A stretch of 62,651 bases of DNA, filler included, from Dirinaria sp. TL-2023a (taxonomy: Eukaryota): assembly GCA_051941275.1 (NCBI GenBank). It is 10 parts of 10 records of this genome, joined end to end, with 100 filler letters (N's around TTAATTAATTAA, not from the genome) between each part and the next. Parts side by side here need not be neighbours in the genome. Positions count along the whole stretch, not along the records: positions 31,495 to 37,659 come from JAVEBF010001524.1; positions 37,760 to 43,920 come from JAVEBF010001525.1; positions 44,021 to 50,168 come from JAVEBF010001526.1; 7 more parts are not named here. One strand, written 5' to 3'. A program made the translations under genes and the position numbers. The notes beneath the pieces were generated by a model. It did no database searches and was not told the DNA's origin. It worked only from the letters and a program-made list of their open reading frames with translations. Within the stretch, counting starts at the first letter, position 1. Every line of letters begins with the position of its first letter. Below are positions 32,953 through 45,587 of the stretch, piece by piece.

Positions 32953-34779
32953 GGTAGGTAGTAGGTGCATATATATACCAATATGCGATAGAGAGGGAAT
33001 AATAGCGACCCATGGGAAGGGAGATTGCAGCTTAGCTTGTAGCCGCAGAGCGCATCAGGTAGGTGGGGGAAAACGAAATAGTACCAGGGGGGAAACTAAG
33101 ATCGAGATGTCTGCGAGCTCTAATCGAGATTGGCTCAGTCCTTTGTCTAAGGTTATCATGTGCTTGACTCTCATTCGTTCGCACGCGACGTCAAGCCAGT
33201 GGGACGGGAGTACTACTTGTGAACCGACAACGGCATAAAGTAAGGTAGGTCCCGCAACTCTCCCCCGCTTTCACCCAAGAATAATAATGTATTGGCTTCT
33301 GACATCCAATTGTCAAGACATGCACAGCAATGATGGTGCTACGGGAATGCGCAAGACGGGTATCATCGCCACCCAGAGTCCCCTCGGTCCAAAGGGGAAG
33401 GGATGTGGCTAAGGTGACACCCTTCGTGCAATGCTAGTCCGAATTCAGATTCCATTGTATCGCGCGTCCGTTGCTCATCCTTGCTCCTTCGAGTTTAGCT
33501 CGTCGGAGCTGGCTCCGACGAAGCACCATCCCAAGCACCTGAAGCTTCCTTCGCGCTCCAAGAGCTTTATTATTATTGCGCCGAGATAATTCTCGAAACG
33601 CGAGATCCCTTCTCGAGCCCAACGGCTCATTCCGCAGTGCTAAGGTATGATAGTCGGAGTCAACTTCCGCATGCTCTTTACTACTTAAGAGCCCTATCGC
33701 ACCGTTACAAGATACCACCCAACAGGAGGACATCGAGGGAGTCCAAGTGCTTGTGGGAAGCAGTTCAGAAGCAATCAAGGCGATGCGGAGACTGAATAGA
33801 GGGAGAGGGAGCGGCATACCTTGACCACCCTCGCCATCCAAAAGCGGGCCGTGTTCGACGGAAGGCTCTGTGTGGAATTTGAACAAGCCTTTCCATACAG
33901 CCCACTCGTCGCAAGCCCAGAAGTGTACTGGAAAGCAGAGTATAATGAGAGAATAGCACCGCATTCTTACTGTTGAATCTAATGTTCAAGCAGCGTTACG
34001 CACTTCAGCGCCCGACTTCACTGCTCCTATCGCCATGAGAATGTCGCATTGGGCCATCGCGTACCCAGGAACACTTGGCTCTCGCCTTCTGGAAAACAGA
34101 CATGCTCGAATATAGGATAATATGTGGGTAGTCGGGTTTAATATTATACTTCCGCTCAAGGTACGGTGCATAGCGCCAGCCCGTGGGCCTTGTGCACTGT
34201 TCTATCTTGCCGTGGTATTTTGCGCCCTCAGTTAGACCCTATGTAGTTCAAAATGGCCCTGGTGCGATGCATAATCGAAAATGATTTTGAAAATATGTTC
34301 TTGAATTTCGGGCTTGCTAGCCAGCCGTCCAGGCGGCCCGAACAACCAATGGTCCATCTGCAGCCCTGAATAAACCCAAGTACTGCAATTCCAGTTTCTC
34401 ACAGACCCTTCTCGATTTGGAAACCCAAGCTGTAGACACCCCCAATCTATGCCTGTACGGCTTGAAAAGATTGGAGCTATGGCCACCTGGTGTTCGATAT
34501 CATGAGCACGGCGGAATGTCAGTATCCGATCAAATAAAAAGCACATTCTCCAAGCCTCGGCTTAGCCCAGTACTAGAGGCCTGCATGGGACGTTAGTATG
34601 GTTACATCATCAGCGCCTTCTGTGTCTCTTCATCGTCACCCGCACTCGAGAATCGTTTGATCCAAGCAATCAATACCCAAAGCAAGAGATAATCACCCGT
34701 ACCCATCGCGACACTGAAGTCATGTCCTCTAGCGAATAGGGTATTCTCTCGCCACCGAGTGACTGCGAGTTCGCTTGCG

Positions 34780-36881
34780 ATGCGTTCCCGCCCTAATTCT
34801 GTTTCGGCATCCGGAGCAAGCTCCGAAGACCATTCTAACGGGAAGCAACGCCCCAGCAGCAACAAGCGACAGCAAGTTGCCGCTGCCTGCGTGTCTTGTC
34901 AAGTGCGCAAATGCAAGGTACCTGAGTTCACATCTCTTTTCAGGTGCACAGTCTCGTTGGCTGATTTTGTTTGACTTGATTTGCAGTGCGATGGGCAGAA
35001 ACCAAGTTGTGCTTCATGCCTCCGCAAGGGCACATATTGCGCGTACGAGATTGACGGCGATTGTAGAAGGGTCGATCAATTAAGAAGAAAAAATACGGCC
35101 CTGACAGAGAGATGCCAGGGCCTGGAACACCTACTTGCCTGCCTGCGGTCATGTAGCGAGTCTGGAGCTGCCGAGCTGTTGCAGCGTGTTCGAACTGATG
35201 AGCATGTCATCGATACTGTGAATTTTGCCAGGAACGGACACTTCCAGTCAAACAGCACTCACGAGCAAACCGCATACACACAGCCATCGACATCGGCCGT
35301 CGGTATCGCGCAACAAAGTACAGCCAGTTCTTGGAACGCACCGGGTGGCGAAAGTCAATCGATGGGGGCGACTACACGTCCGGCGTATGTTCGAAACATG
35401 GGTAAAGAGAGACCGCACATGGCTTACTTTTGAGATAGTAATACATCGTCGTCGGAAAGTGATCCTGCAAATGTTTCTGATTTGGCCGTTCGCGAGTCCG
35501 GCACAGACCCCTCCTCCGGAGAAGGTTCGTCAGAGCGTCGGTTTTGGACGCCAGAAGTTGTAGTAAAAGTAAGTTAGCTGCTCAATTATCACACTTTCAA
35601 AATAGCAAGCATGGCTTTAAAGTCTGGTATGGCAATTGCCTCCGAACCATTGCTGCAGCTCACAATGCCAATGCAACCGTTTGGTGATACAGAGCTCATC
35701 ACACTTCGTTGGACAGCCTTTCCTCGTCGGTGTGACAATGAGTCCCAAACCTGATCAGTACCACATTTCATTCTTGCAGGTTGAGTCGAATGAACCGGAA
35801 TTGACAATCCTGTATATAGAGCGAAGATTTAGACGACTCGCCCGCCGAGATAGTAGACGAAACAGTGACAAACGCTCAACCGCCGAGTTTTGAACAATCT
35901 CCGTCTCGCGAATCGGACAAACTGAAAAGGAAGTGGATGCAACCATCCCCATTCAGAAATTCTGATAACAGCGTGTTTCATAGAGAAATGGAACAAGTGC
36001 CGAGCCCGACGTCGATGAGCAGTCTCCCTCATACCGAAGCGCGGACCGAAATGATTGGAAACCTTCACATGCAAAAATCTTCCTCGAATACATTTTATGG
36101 AAGGCAAGCTTCTGTTTCGCGGATACCAATTCACCTGATGCTGCCGATTTGGCAGGAAGATGATGCGCCCATCAACAGAGTCATATCGGACTACCTGAGC
36201 GCAACGCGACAGCAGATCGCTCGGGGCAGTCCGGTTGCAGAGATTCTGGCTCCGGAATATTTTAACGTGCAGGCTTTCTTTCACCCGCGGAACACCTTGA
36301 GATTCCCCACTGTAAGCGAATGGGCGAGTGAAGTAAACAAGAGTTTATTAGACATGCATATCTTCGTTCGCCTGGCGAATGTGCTGTTGCAGACGTATCT
36401 TATGCGCGTAAGTAATTCCGCCCTATGCTCGAAGTGAGGGTCTAACGGCGCCATCTCAGTGGTTGGTCCAGCCAACACTAGACAACTATATAAAGATGCC
36501 CGAGATGATTCGGCCCACGCAAATGCAGCTGCTCCACCCGCATAAGGCGGCAATGAGCACCATTCCATTGTGATTATTCTCTTCGCGCGATATAGGTCTC
36601 CATGATCTGACTGCAAGGGTAGGCCGGCCGTCAGAGATGCCTTAATCCAGGCGCCCTTCGGCCAGGAAATCAACTCGCTCGGCGGCCTGGTCAGCTGCGC
36701 TTGGCCTTACCCTACATCTGAATGTGTCGAAGTCAATCATTTCAGCTCCCACATAAGGTTCACGGCCAAATTCGAAGCCTATGTCATAGAACCGAACAAC
36801 TGGTATGTGGACAAAACGGTTATAGAAGCGTTGCCGGAGCTCAAGGGGAAAGTAAAAATGAGGCAGCCTATTGCGACATGA
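34780..36881 (+). CDS. Zn(II)2Cys6 transcription factor with C-terminal DUF3425-like domain (multi-exon; middle exons uncertain)
   Basis: ACVSCQVRKCK|CDGQKPSCASCLRKGTYCAY across intron 34918-34986; 3' exons (introns 36408-36459, 36570-36622) give MR|WLVQPTLDNY..MIRPTQMQLLHPH..IPL|PAVRDALI..CAWPY..FEAYVIEPNNW..LPEL. Confidence 0.75.
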
Positions 36882-37659
36882 CCACAAGTGTTCGGTGATA
36901 CTATGCATTCGAAGCTTCCCTGCCTTTAGCCTCGGTAGAGTAAATTGGCCAAACAGTGGGCCGGCGTGCGTTGATGACACCCAAATTGATGAAGATCGTG
37001 GGGATTTTGAGTCCCCGTAGCAGTTTGCTGCATTCGTACGAGTGGGGAATGGGCAAAGTTCATCTGTCAACTCTGATCCTCTGAACCAGCCGCTCCGTCA
37101 TATCTGTCAGGTTTCGTTCCATCGGGTGACTAGCATACATTTTCGAAGGCGGGTCAGCGAAGTTTGAGCATCGTACGAGCACGCACGGCACACTGCTCTG
37201 GGGGCTGCATACCAACGAATACTACAGAATCAAGCACAACATCGAAACTCAATGTCGTGACAAGATGTGATGTCGAAAGCAACGAAGGGTTAGATCTGAT
37301 AGTGCCAACGTGATCTGGTCGGTGTAACGGACGTGCCTTGGGGATTGCAGACCGCTCGACAGGGAAGGAAAAAGGAAGAGGTAGGTAGGTAGGATGGGTA
37401 GGATGGGTACGGAGGAGGAGCGACTGCATTGAAGTAATTCAGCTTGCTAGGTAGACGTCATCGCAGTCACGATGGTTGGGGACATAATACGTAAGGTAGA
37501 GAAACACAAAGTATGGAGATAGATGACTGCCCGTTCCTGTTCCGGTTAAGATTCTTCATAAGGGAGTTCCGATGGCCAGCCAGAATAAATGCCATCCTTT
37601 GCTTAGCGCAGGCCACTAGCGGAGGGAAACTCCGGCGCGTGGGAATTTTGGTCCGAAAC

Positions 37660-37759
37660 NNNNNNNNNNNNNNNNNNNNNNNNNNNNNNNNNNNNNNNNN
37701 NNNTTAATTAATTAANNNNNNNNNNNNNNNNNNNNNNNNNNNNNNNNNNNNNNNNNNNN
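37660..37759. other. Artificial contig linker
   Basis: N44-TTAATTAATTAA-N44. Confidence 0.99.
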
Positions 37760-37897
37760 ATGCTCCCACCCATTTGTCTAAAAGTGAACAATTTACCCTA
37801 TCGAACATGCATCCAGTCCACTCTAATCTAGGTGTACACAGCTTTGGCGCAGTAGCCAAGGCACTCAAAAGAAAAGGGGCGCCCTCAAGACCCGTAC

Positions 37898-39403
37898 TCA
37901 GCTCCTCATTTCCGAAAATATGAACGGAAATATCACTACGCAGGCCTTCCAAAAGATGCGTATGCTTGAGACGAAGGTCGTCGGTAACTGCCACAGCGGT
38001 GATTCGCTCACGACAAGCCATATGGCCAGCAGTGCTACTGCAAAGAAATGGTAGAAGAGTCGGAGCGGTTGCCGAATAATCCCTGCGAGTAGCCCGACTG
38101 GACCATCGATGCATTGGCCGCCGCGTTGAAAGTAGCGGAAACAGCCCAGTTGCAGGGCTCTGAGGTGGGGGTCGTTGGCCGCGAACAATGCGTACAACGC
38201 CTGTGCGAGGATATTGATGACTGAGGTGAGGTTCTTTCGTTGCCAGTGGAATGTCTGCATTTGCTGACGGACCAGCGGGGTGTTGCCGAGATCTGGCACT
38301 ATGCTTGGATCGAGGAGCTCGCGGAGTAGGACAACGTCATTAAATGCGACAGTCATGCCTCCTCCAGTCAATGGATGTCGCATATTCATTGCATCGCCCA
38401 GGAGTACCATACCCGGGGTACGGTTAGTACTGGGCGGGAGGAAAGAATTCGGCATGCTCCGTAATTTGCCAGCATCAAGAGCGCGAGCGAAAGATGGCTG
38501 CACACAAGGCGGTAAGCTTGGGAGAACCTTGTCCCTTAGATGCCCTTTAACGCCGCCCTTGGCTCGATACGCAGAATCTACATGCTCTGGCACGTCGACT
38601 AGTGCCCTTGTTTCTCTGCTGCCGATCTGATAGAGTAGTACTGGCGCCCCTTCCCCAAGTACAACATGGCCATGCTTCTGTCTCGGCAGGTCCGCATCTA
38701 TCAGCTCCAGGCCCCAGAATTTAGATTTGCTAGTAGGCGTATGGGAGATGTATTCCTTGCGAAAGCGACTTGCGTACCCATCGGCTATGACAGTCAATTG
38801 CCCGAACCAGGCATCTGGTTCTCCATTCGTCACACACTTGACGCCGAGCACTTGGCCTGTCCACCCGTTCTTCACTGTTCCAGTAACGTTCGACTCGATG
38901 ACACTGATATTGGGCTCCTGCATGGCAGCTTCGCGTAGCTTTTGGATAAACCGACCATGATGGAAGCTGCGGCCCTGAGGTCGCTTTCTTTTGGTCTGGC
39001 CTGACTTCTGGTTCTTCTCGTCGAGTGTTTGTTGATCAAGAGGCTGCTCAACGCTGTTTTCTGGGTAGGGGATCTCGACGCCAGTCCCGTAATATATCAC
39101 CTCGTAACCGTCGACTTCTATGGCATCAATGCCTTCCAGGCAGTCTAATAGCCCAAGCTTTCGTAATGCTTCCACACCACCAGGCTGCAGCAACTCACCC
39201 ACGATGCGATCGGGTGGCTTCAGACTCTTCTCTAATAATGTTACCGAGCGTCCTTGCCGTGCGAACGCAGTGGCCACCGCACAACCTAGTATACCGGCGC
39301 CGACAACGACCACGTCGGATTCGTGATGTTCAACACGCCTTTGAGTGGAAGGGTTCGGCAGAGTGCCGACGGGTGGCGGCGCAGACCCCAGCGTGAGTGA
39401 CAT
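37898..39403 (-). CDS. ERG1: Squalene epoxidase (501 aa, intronless)
   Basis: VVVVGAGILG FAD motif, DRIVGELLQPGG, FHHGRF, GDAMNMRHPLTGGGMTVA, INILAQALYALF, C-terminal TM helices. Confidence 0.97.
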   Translation of the reverse strand: MSLTLGSAPPPVGTLPNPSTQRRVEHHESDVVVVGAGILGCAVATAFARQGRSVTLLEKSLKPPDRIVGELLQPGGVEALRKLGLLDCLEGIDAIEVDGYEVIYYGTGVEIPYPENSVEQPLDQQTLDEKNQKSGQTKRKRPQGRSFHHGRFIQKLREAAMQEPNISVIESNVTGTVKNGWTGQVLGVKCVTNGEPDAWFGQLTVIADGYASRFRKEYISHTPTSKSKFWGLELIDADLPRQKHGHVVLGEGAPVLLYQIGSRETRALVDVPEHVDSAYRAKGGVKGHLRDKVLPSLPPCVQPSFARALDAGKLRSMPNSFLPPSTNRTPGMVLLGDAMNMRHPLTGGGMTVAFNDVVLLRELLDPSIVPDLGNTPLVRQQMQTFHWQRKNLTSVINILAQALYALFAANDPHLRALQLGCFRYFQRGGQCIDGPVGLLAGIIRQPLRLFYHFFAVALLAIWLVVSESPLWQLPTTFVSSIRIFWKACVVIFPFIFSEMRS

Positions 39404-39951
39404 ATCTGATTAAGCGGTCCCCGGAAGTATTTTGGGTCTATGATTTAGAGGCTGCTTGGACAAGCACCAAAGTCTTCGATCTTTTATCCATGGGATGAGT
39501 GAAAAAATAGGACAAGTGAGAGAAGGAAACGGTCAGCCTCGATCCACAGGAGAAATGGAGATGATTCTCTTACGATAAGAGGAAGTGTTGTGCATATGAC
39601 AGGCTTGGCACTCGGTCCTCAAGATCGAGAACGAGGAAGAGCGTGAAGCTCAAGCCGTGAAGTGCTCGGAGGTCGGCCGGGTCAACCCTTCGGAGGCTTG
39701 GCGTGATAGAACCCCCTTAGCTAAGGTAAGGTAGGTAATGTATCTTACTGTACAGTAGAGGCGAGGCTGAGACACGTCACGGAAAGGATTAATGGTAGAT
39801 CTGGTGCTCCGTACCTACTGTTGTACGTAACATACAATTGAAAACGTGTGTGGTGCAATGTGTTCCCTCCCCATCTCACAAATTCTTATACACTCGCCTG
39901 GGCTCAGAGTCTTTGCCATCGCCAATTGCTACTAGATCGCCCTTCACCAAC

Positions 39952-41650
39952 ATGCAGAGCGTTCAGCGTCGATTTGGGAAACTCTTACCTCGGACCGCGG
40001 ATGAATCACAAGTTGCTGTTCTTTTGAAGGACTTTGACGATGCCGACAAGATGCTGGCCAAGGTGACAATCCCCTGCTATTCATGTGGATAAAACTGTCA
40101 AGTTCCTAACGCTGATCAATGCGATCCAGATCATCGATGCGTCGAAGGCGTGGCGAGACTCCTGGAGGGATATCCTGGTCACCCAGCAACGACTTGTCAA
40201 CGGCTTCCAGGTCATGTACGAGCCATTCATCGGAGCCGACGACTCACACAACTCCCAATCACACCTTGTTACTCCTGAAAGTACGGTGCAGAGGACTACA
40301 AAGCTATCGCAAGGCTATGAAGAGCTCAAAGTGGATTTGTTAGATGAGGTCAACATGGTGGACACTAGAATCATTAGACCCGCAATTGAAGCGAAGGAAT
40401 GGATTCAGCCATTGAAAAAAGTGATCAAGAAAAGGGAAGACAGAAAGGTCTGCCGCTAAGATTTACCCACAGAAACGTGGAGACTGAGACTCGCAGCTGG
40501 ATTTCGAGAAATACCAAAAGCGGGTCGACAATGCTAGCAAAAAGACTAAGCGGTCGGAACGAGATAATGCATACCTGGCGAAAGCAGAGACGGAAGCTGT
40601 CCGGGCGAAAGAGGTGCGTACAAAGGCTTCAGGGAAAATCGGCCTTGCATGAGGTGGGAGACGAACCTCGATGTCTCGCCAGGGAGGTTTTTGCAGGGTT
40701 GCATAGCTACCCACAAGTCTACCGCGGTGGAAAAGAGCTGATTTACGTATATGCTAATCTATTTGCAGGAGTACGCCATCGCAGACGAACATCTGAAAGC
40801 CAAACTTCCACCTGTCGTCTCGGCCGCCTTTTCTTTGCTACCTCATCTGCTATCATCCCAGATAATGACGCAAAATAGTCTGCTCGGAAACTACTACACT
40901 ATGTTGCACGACTTTTGTACCGAAGAGAATTACCCGTCTCCACCTCCGCCGATGCATGAGATAATCGGTACCTGGGAGAATGAATTTAAGCCTGCACAGC
41001 GTGAAGTGGAGCATTTGGCATGCATTGCTGGCGGTAAAGCCGTTCGTCAGCCAACAAGGTCCGACAGCCAATTCCAAAGCAATGGATACAACGCTCGCAA
41101 TGGCTCTGCGCAGCGTCGAGCTAGCAATCAGTCCACGCTCTCGATACAGTCAAGTCAGTCCACATCGCTAAAGCCGCCAGTATCGCCATCTATCAGCGCG
41201 GTTTCAGATTCGCCTTCTCCGGACTCTTATACGAGGCCAAAAATCTCATCCGTCCCGTCACAAACCTCCTTGGCTTTAGCGACCCCTAATTATAGCTCAT
41301 CAAATGCTGCAAGCCCCTCACCCGGCGATGTGCTCTCTACTCATGCCCCCGCCGGTCCGCGTGCAGACTATTTCTCTCGAGATCGCTTACCATCAACATC
41401 TTCTATAACATCAATCGCAGCAGCAAAGAAGAAGCCGCCCCCGCCCCCGCCAAAGCGCGTCGCATCTAATCAGGGTTTGTGGGTTACCGCCTTATATGAA
41501 TTTGCTGGCCAAGGACAGGGGGATCTTGTTTTTAAGGAAGGTGATCGAATCAAGGTGGTTCAAAAGACTAACAGCACAGATGACTGGTGGGAAGGAGAAT
41601 TGAGAGGGGTCCAAGGGAGTTTTCCAGCAAATTACTGCCAAGCTACCTAG
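39952..41650 (+). CDS. BAR-domain + SH3 protein (amphiphysin/Rvs167-related)
   Basis: Helical N-terminal region (KKREDRK|LDFEKY), Pro-rich KKKPPPPPPK, SH3 ALYEFAGQ..DLVFKEGDRIKV..DDWWEGEL..GSFPANY; introns 40063-40129, 40448-40496, 40614-40768. Confidence 0.88.
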
Positions 41651-41967
41651 AATGATGCTGAAGGTGGTGACCCTTGCGCAGGGTTGTGGTATAACCCCAA
41701 AGATGCCAGATTTGTTTATCACTTGTTCTTTTTCGGGCTTTCAGTGGACCTAGCAAAGGGTGTGTCATACTCCGTTGTATTTTAGTGATACCCAGGTACT
41801 TGTAGCCAGGAGTGAGAGTGCAAACCATACCTTACCTACCTTACCTACCTATTTCATCACATACAACCCCAAGGTGGCCCTATAAGCTACCTCACGTCAC
41901 CCTGTATCTTGTCTGAAGAAGTAATAATTTCGAAGGTGACAAGAACAACCTTGAAAAATAGCTAAAA

Positions 41968-43920
41968 ATGCCTGAAAGCTCAGCAGAGCTACTGAAGAAG
42001 CCTCTATATGGTGAGTGACTCGGCTTTCGGCTTCGTAGCGCGTCCAATCCTGATCGACCTTTGGTAGTCTTCGACCTCCCACCTGAATTGCTATTCTCGC
42101 TGCGCTTGAAGACCTACGCCAGCGATCCAGTTCCGCGGGAAATTGTGCCCGGAAGTGAGAACGAACCGACTCAACCTCCTGCTCATGCAGCGGACGAAGC
42201 AGGAGGCGCAGAGAATGTAAAGCTATCAACGTCATGTGTACTTTGCGGAGCCACTTTCGCAAATGTGCACGAACAACGGCAGCACGTCAAGTCTGACTGG
42301 CATGGATACAATCTGAAGCAGAAGCTGAAAGGTCAGCAGACAGTCAACGAGGCTGTATTCGAGAAACTAGTCGAAGGTCTCGACGAAAGTATATCTGGGT
42401 CGGAATTGTCGGACACAGGCGACGAGGATGAGCAGAAAGAAAGCACAATCAGTGCGCTCCTGAAGAAGCAGGCCAAGATGAGCAGTCCGGCTCTTGACCT
42501 CGAAGACCATACACCCAAGAAGCGGAAAAGGGGATCCGGCAAACCCCCACTCGTATGGTTCTCTACTTCGCTGCTACCTTCGAATACCTCCCTCGGAATA
42601 TACAGGGCATTGTTCACGGAGGCCGAACAAGAGGATGATGATTCGCGGATCACGAACGTGCTGAGAGAAAAGCAGCTTTCGCCGACAAACCCGAAAGCTC
42701 CACCCGATGGCTCTAATGGCGTCCCTCTGCCATCGTCGATGACGAGTCCCAAAATCTTTCTCTGCATGATTGGCGGCGGCCATTTCGCAGCAATGATCGT
42801 ATCTCTCGCTCCCAAAATCGTCAAAAGACCAGGAGGGGGAGAAGAGCGTCAAGCCGCGGTAATAGCCCATAAAACCTTCCATCGCTATACTACGAGACGC
42901 AAACAAGGCGGGGCTCAATCCACGAACGATTCTGCCAAGGGCAACGCCCATTCTGCCGGCGCATCTATACGCCGCTACAATGAAATGGCGCTTGAATCGG
43001 AGATCAGGGCACTTCTCGGCGAGTGGAAAGAGATGATTGACGGGTGCCAGTTGATTTTCGCCAGGGCCACAGGGAGCTCCAACCGGAGAACCATCTTTGG
43101 CCCGTACGAGGGTCAGGTTCTGCGACACAATGACCCCAGAAACCGAAGCTTCCCATTCAGTACTCGCCGCGCAACGCAAGCAGAGCTCATGCGAGCCTTT
43201 ATCGAACTGACGCGAGTGAAAGTCAGTGAAGTCAGCGAGGAAGCTCTAGCAGCAGCCGCCGCCGCTGCAGCAGAAGCGGAACGAGATAACGCAGCACACG
43301 CTTCAAAGCCTCCCTCTTCATCAGCAGCGGCAGCGAAACCGAACCCTCCGAAACGCTCCAAGGACGAAGAAGCCACTCTCCTGCACACCTCGCAGCTCCA
43401 GGCTTTAATCCGGCGCAACAAAGCCCCCGCAGTCCTTTCCTACCTCAGCAGCCACGCCCTGGACCCGAACTTCCTCTTCCAGCCCGAAGACGCGCACGTC
43501 CACGCCCCGACCCCGCTCTTCTTCGCCGCGAGCAAGAGCTCCTCGGCCGTCGTCCTCGCCCTCCTCACCAAAGCCGGCTCGGACCCTACACTCCTCAACG
43601 GCGACGCCAAAGTCCCCTTCAATCTGGCCGGGGACCGCGCAACGCGGGACGCATTCCGGGTCGCGCGCTCCGAGCTCGGGGAATCCCCTGCCTGGGACTG
43701 GGAGAAGGCGCAGTGTCCGCCGCCACTTTCGAAGGCGGAGGCTGAGGAGCGCGAGGAGCGCGCTCGCAAAGAGGAGGAGCGGGAGGAGGCCGATAGAAGG
43801 AAGATGGAGACTGAGCGGTTGAAGATGGAGGAGGAGGTGGTGCTGGTGGAGGATAAGAGGGGGAAGAAAGGGACGGGGAGAGCGCTCGGTGCTGGTGTGG
43901 AGAAGACGGGGGCGGAGAAG
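41968..43920 (+). CDS. VMS1: Vms1/ANKZF1 ribosome quality-control factor; 3' truncated
   Basis: PLY|VFDLP (intron 42011-42067), C2H2 CVLC..HVKSDWHGYNLKQ, VLRF1 HKTFHRYTTRRKQGGAQS..AHSAGASIRRYNE, FPFSTRRAT, ankyrin repeat, coiled coil. Confidence 0.95.
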
Positions 43921-44020
43921 NNNNNNNNNNNNNNNNNNNNNNNNNNNNNNNNNNNNNNNNNNNNTTAATTAATTAANNNNNNNNNNNNNNNNNNNNNNNN
44001 NNNNNNNNNNNNNNNNNNNN
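43921..44020. other. Artificial contig linker
   Basis: N44-TTAATTAATTAA-N44. Confidence 0.99.
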
Positions 44021-45587
44021 GTGTTGTGGGGAAAGGTGGAGGATGGAGATGGAGTGGGTAAACTGAGGGCGAGAGGGAGGGATAAGAGGAGAATAGAGAG
44101 CGTAGGAAGGAGATTCTTGATTGGGCGCATTATTCATAGGTCGAGTATCCAGGTAGGTGGGTTTAGTGAGAAGGAGAAGGAGAAAGAGAAGAGATTACTC
44201 GTTAAGAAGACGCAGCGAACGTATCTCCAACCCCAAGATACTCCAACGCGAACTCTGGACCTCCATTTCGCCATCGACTCTTTTAAGGATTCCATCGAGT
44301 CCTTATCCGATCGTGGCTTGAAATCGTGGAGATGCGTTTGTTGGGAATCAAGGAATGCGGTATTTGGGTATGTGACGAAAAAGCTCCACAATCGCATGTT
44401 CGAAATCCCACGTTGGGAACAACCATATCAAGTGTTCTGCATATCTCTGCAGGGAAGTGCGCATGGTGGGATCTCCACGAGGCCAATGATCGCCCATACT
44501 CGATGTTCGATTATCCGACGAGATGATTTCTATCCACTGGTAAGCGAAAGCAGCGCTTGTATCAAAAGTATACTGTATGGCTTGCAGTGTTTTGCCATCA
44601 AACCCCCACAATTAATACGAGGTTGATCATGCAAGCGCAGCTATTTTTCCAACAGGAGTCCTAGGAACATCCTTGTGACGATCGCTCGCAAGCTTCCGGT
44701 GCGAGGGTTTTCGTTTCGAGTACCTTGCATCAGTCCCCATAGTCCAGCTTTAAGCGCCCGGACAATCCGATTTGCTCGCAAGACTTGTTCCTGATTGTCA
44801 TGTCGCAAGCCAAACAGGCACGTGAGAAGTGGAACGTGTACAGTTCTTTGAGTTTTGCCAAATGGAATCCTTTGCTTCTTCGCAATTTGAGTGTTTCGAC
44901 CCCTCGCTCAGGGGTTAAGTTTTGATAGTGTAAATTGGAGTCTTGATGCGTGCATAAAACAACTACATCTCGTTGAATGCCTGTTCGAGAGGGAGCTGCC
45001 GTCTTTCCGTTCTGTTATTGTTGTGGGGTATAGGGAATCTGATAAGCCAACTCTGTCAAAGCCATAATATTTGGCGCTCCAGGTCTTGTGTACGTCTATT
45101 GTACGCCCGCCAGGCTTTGATCTGTTTCTCAGGAAAAGGAGGGCAAGGGGTTCAATCGAGATGATGGCTTGATCACGGTTGAAGGTTGCTAATCGAGACT
45201 TGACAGTCATGCCATTTTGTTAAGAATAGCAGGGTATCTTAGCCTTCCTCATGGAGATTTGTCATCGAGGGCCATAGAACAGCATTCAGAATATTAGATA
45301 GACGTCGATGTAGGGAAGACAAGAATCCTTAGACACCGCCCTTGCGCGTAGACAACCATCGCCATGCGAAGCCATTACTAGGCCTAACTCTAGTACCCTG
45401 TAGTGACTCATGAGGTCATATCAATAACAGGCTAAGATTGCCAAGGTCCTAACACACTATTTCCATCCTTTAGGTGTGCAACAGTTGCTGTCTAAATTTC
45501 CTATCCCTGGATCATGTACGATACAAGCCATTGTTCCAAGGAAAAGCGGAGTGCATCATGGCATTTCGCCACTTATTGAACATAGCG

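Noticed and set aside
33434..33964. 176-aa minus-strand ORF
   Set aside because: No motif or coding-like composition; more likely part of the regulator's upstream region.
38030..38230. Allylamine-resistance substitutions in squalene epoxidase
   Set aside because: The hot-spot segments read LAQALYALF, CFRYF and LFYHF, i.e. the usual sensitive-type residues.
37898..43920. Sterol or secondary-metabolite cluster linking ERG1 with the P450 and Zn2Cys6 gene
   Set aside because: Those genes lie on different, size-sorted contigs; ERG1's true neighbours are BAR-SH3 and VMS1.
44021..45210. Overlapping ORFs on both strands at the start of contig 8
   Set aside because: Partly GA-rich low complexity; no family recognised and no coherent splice model.
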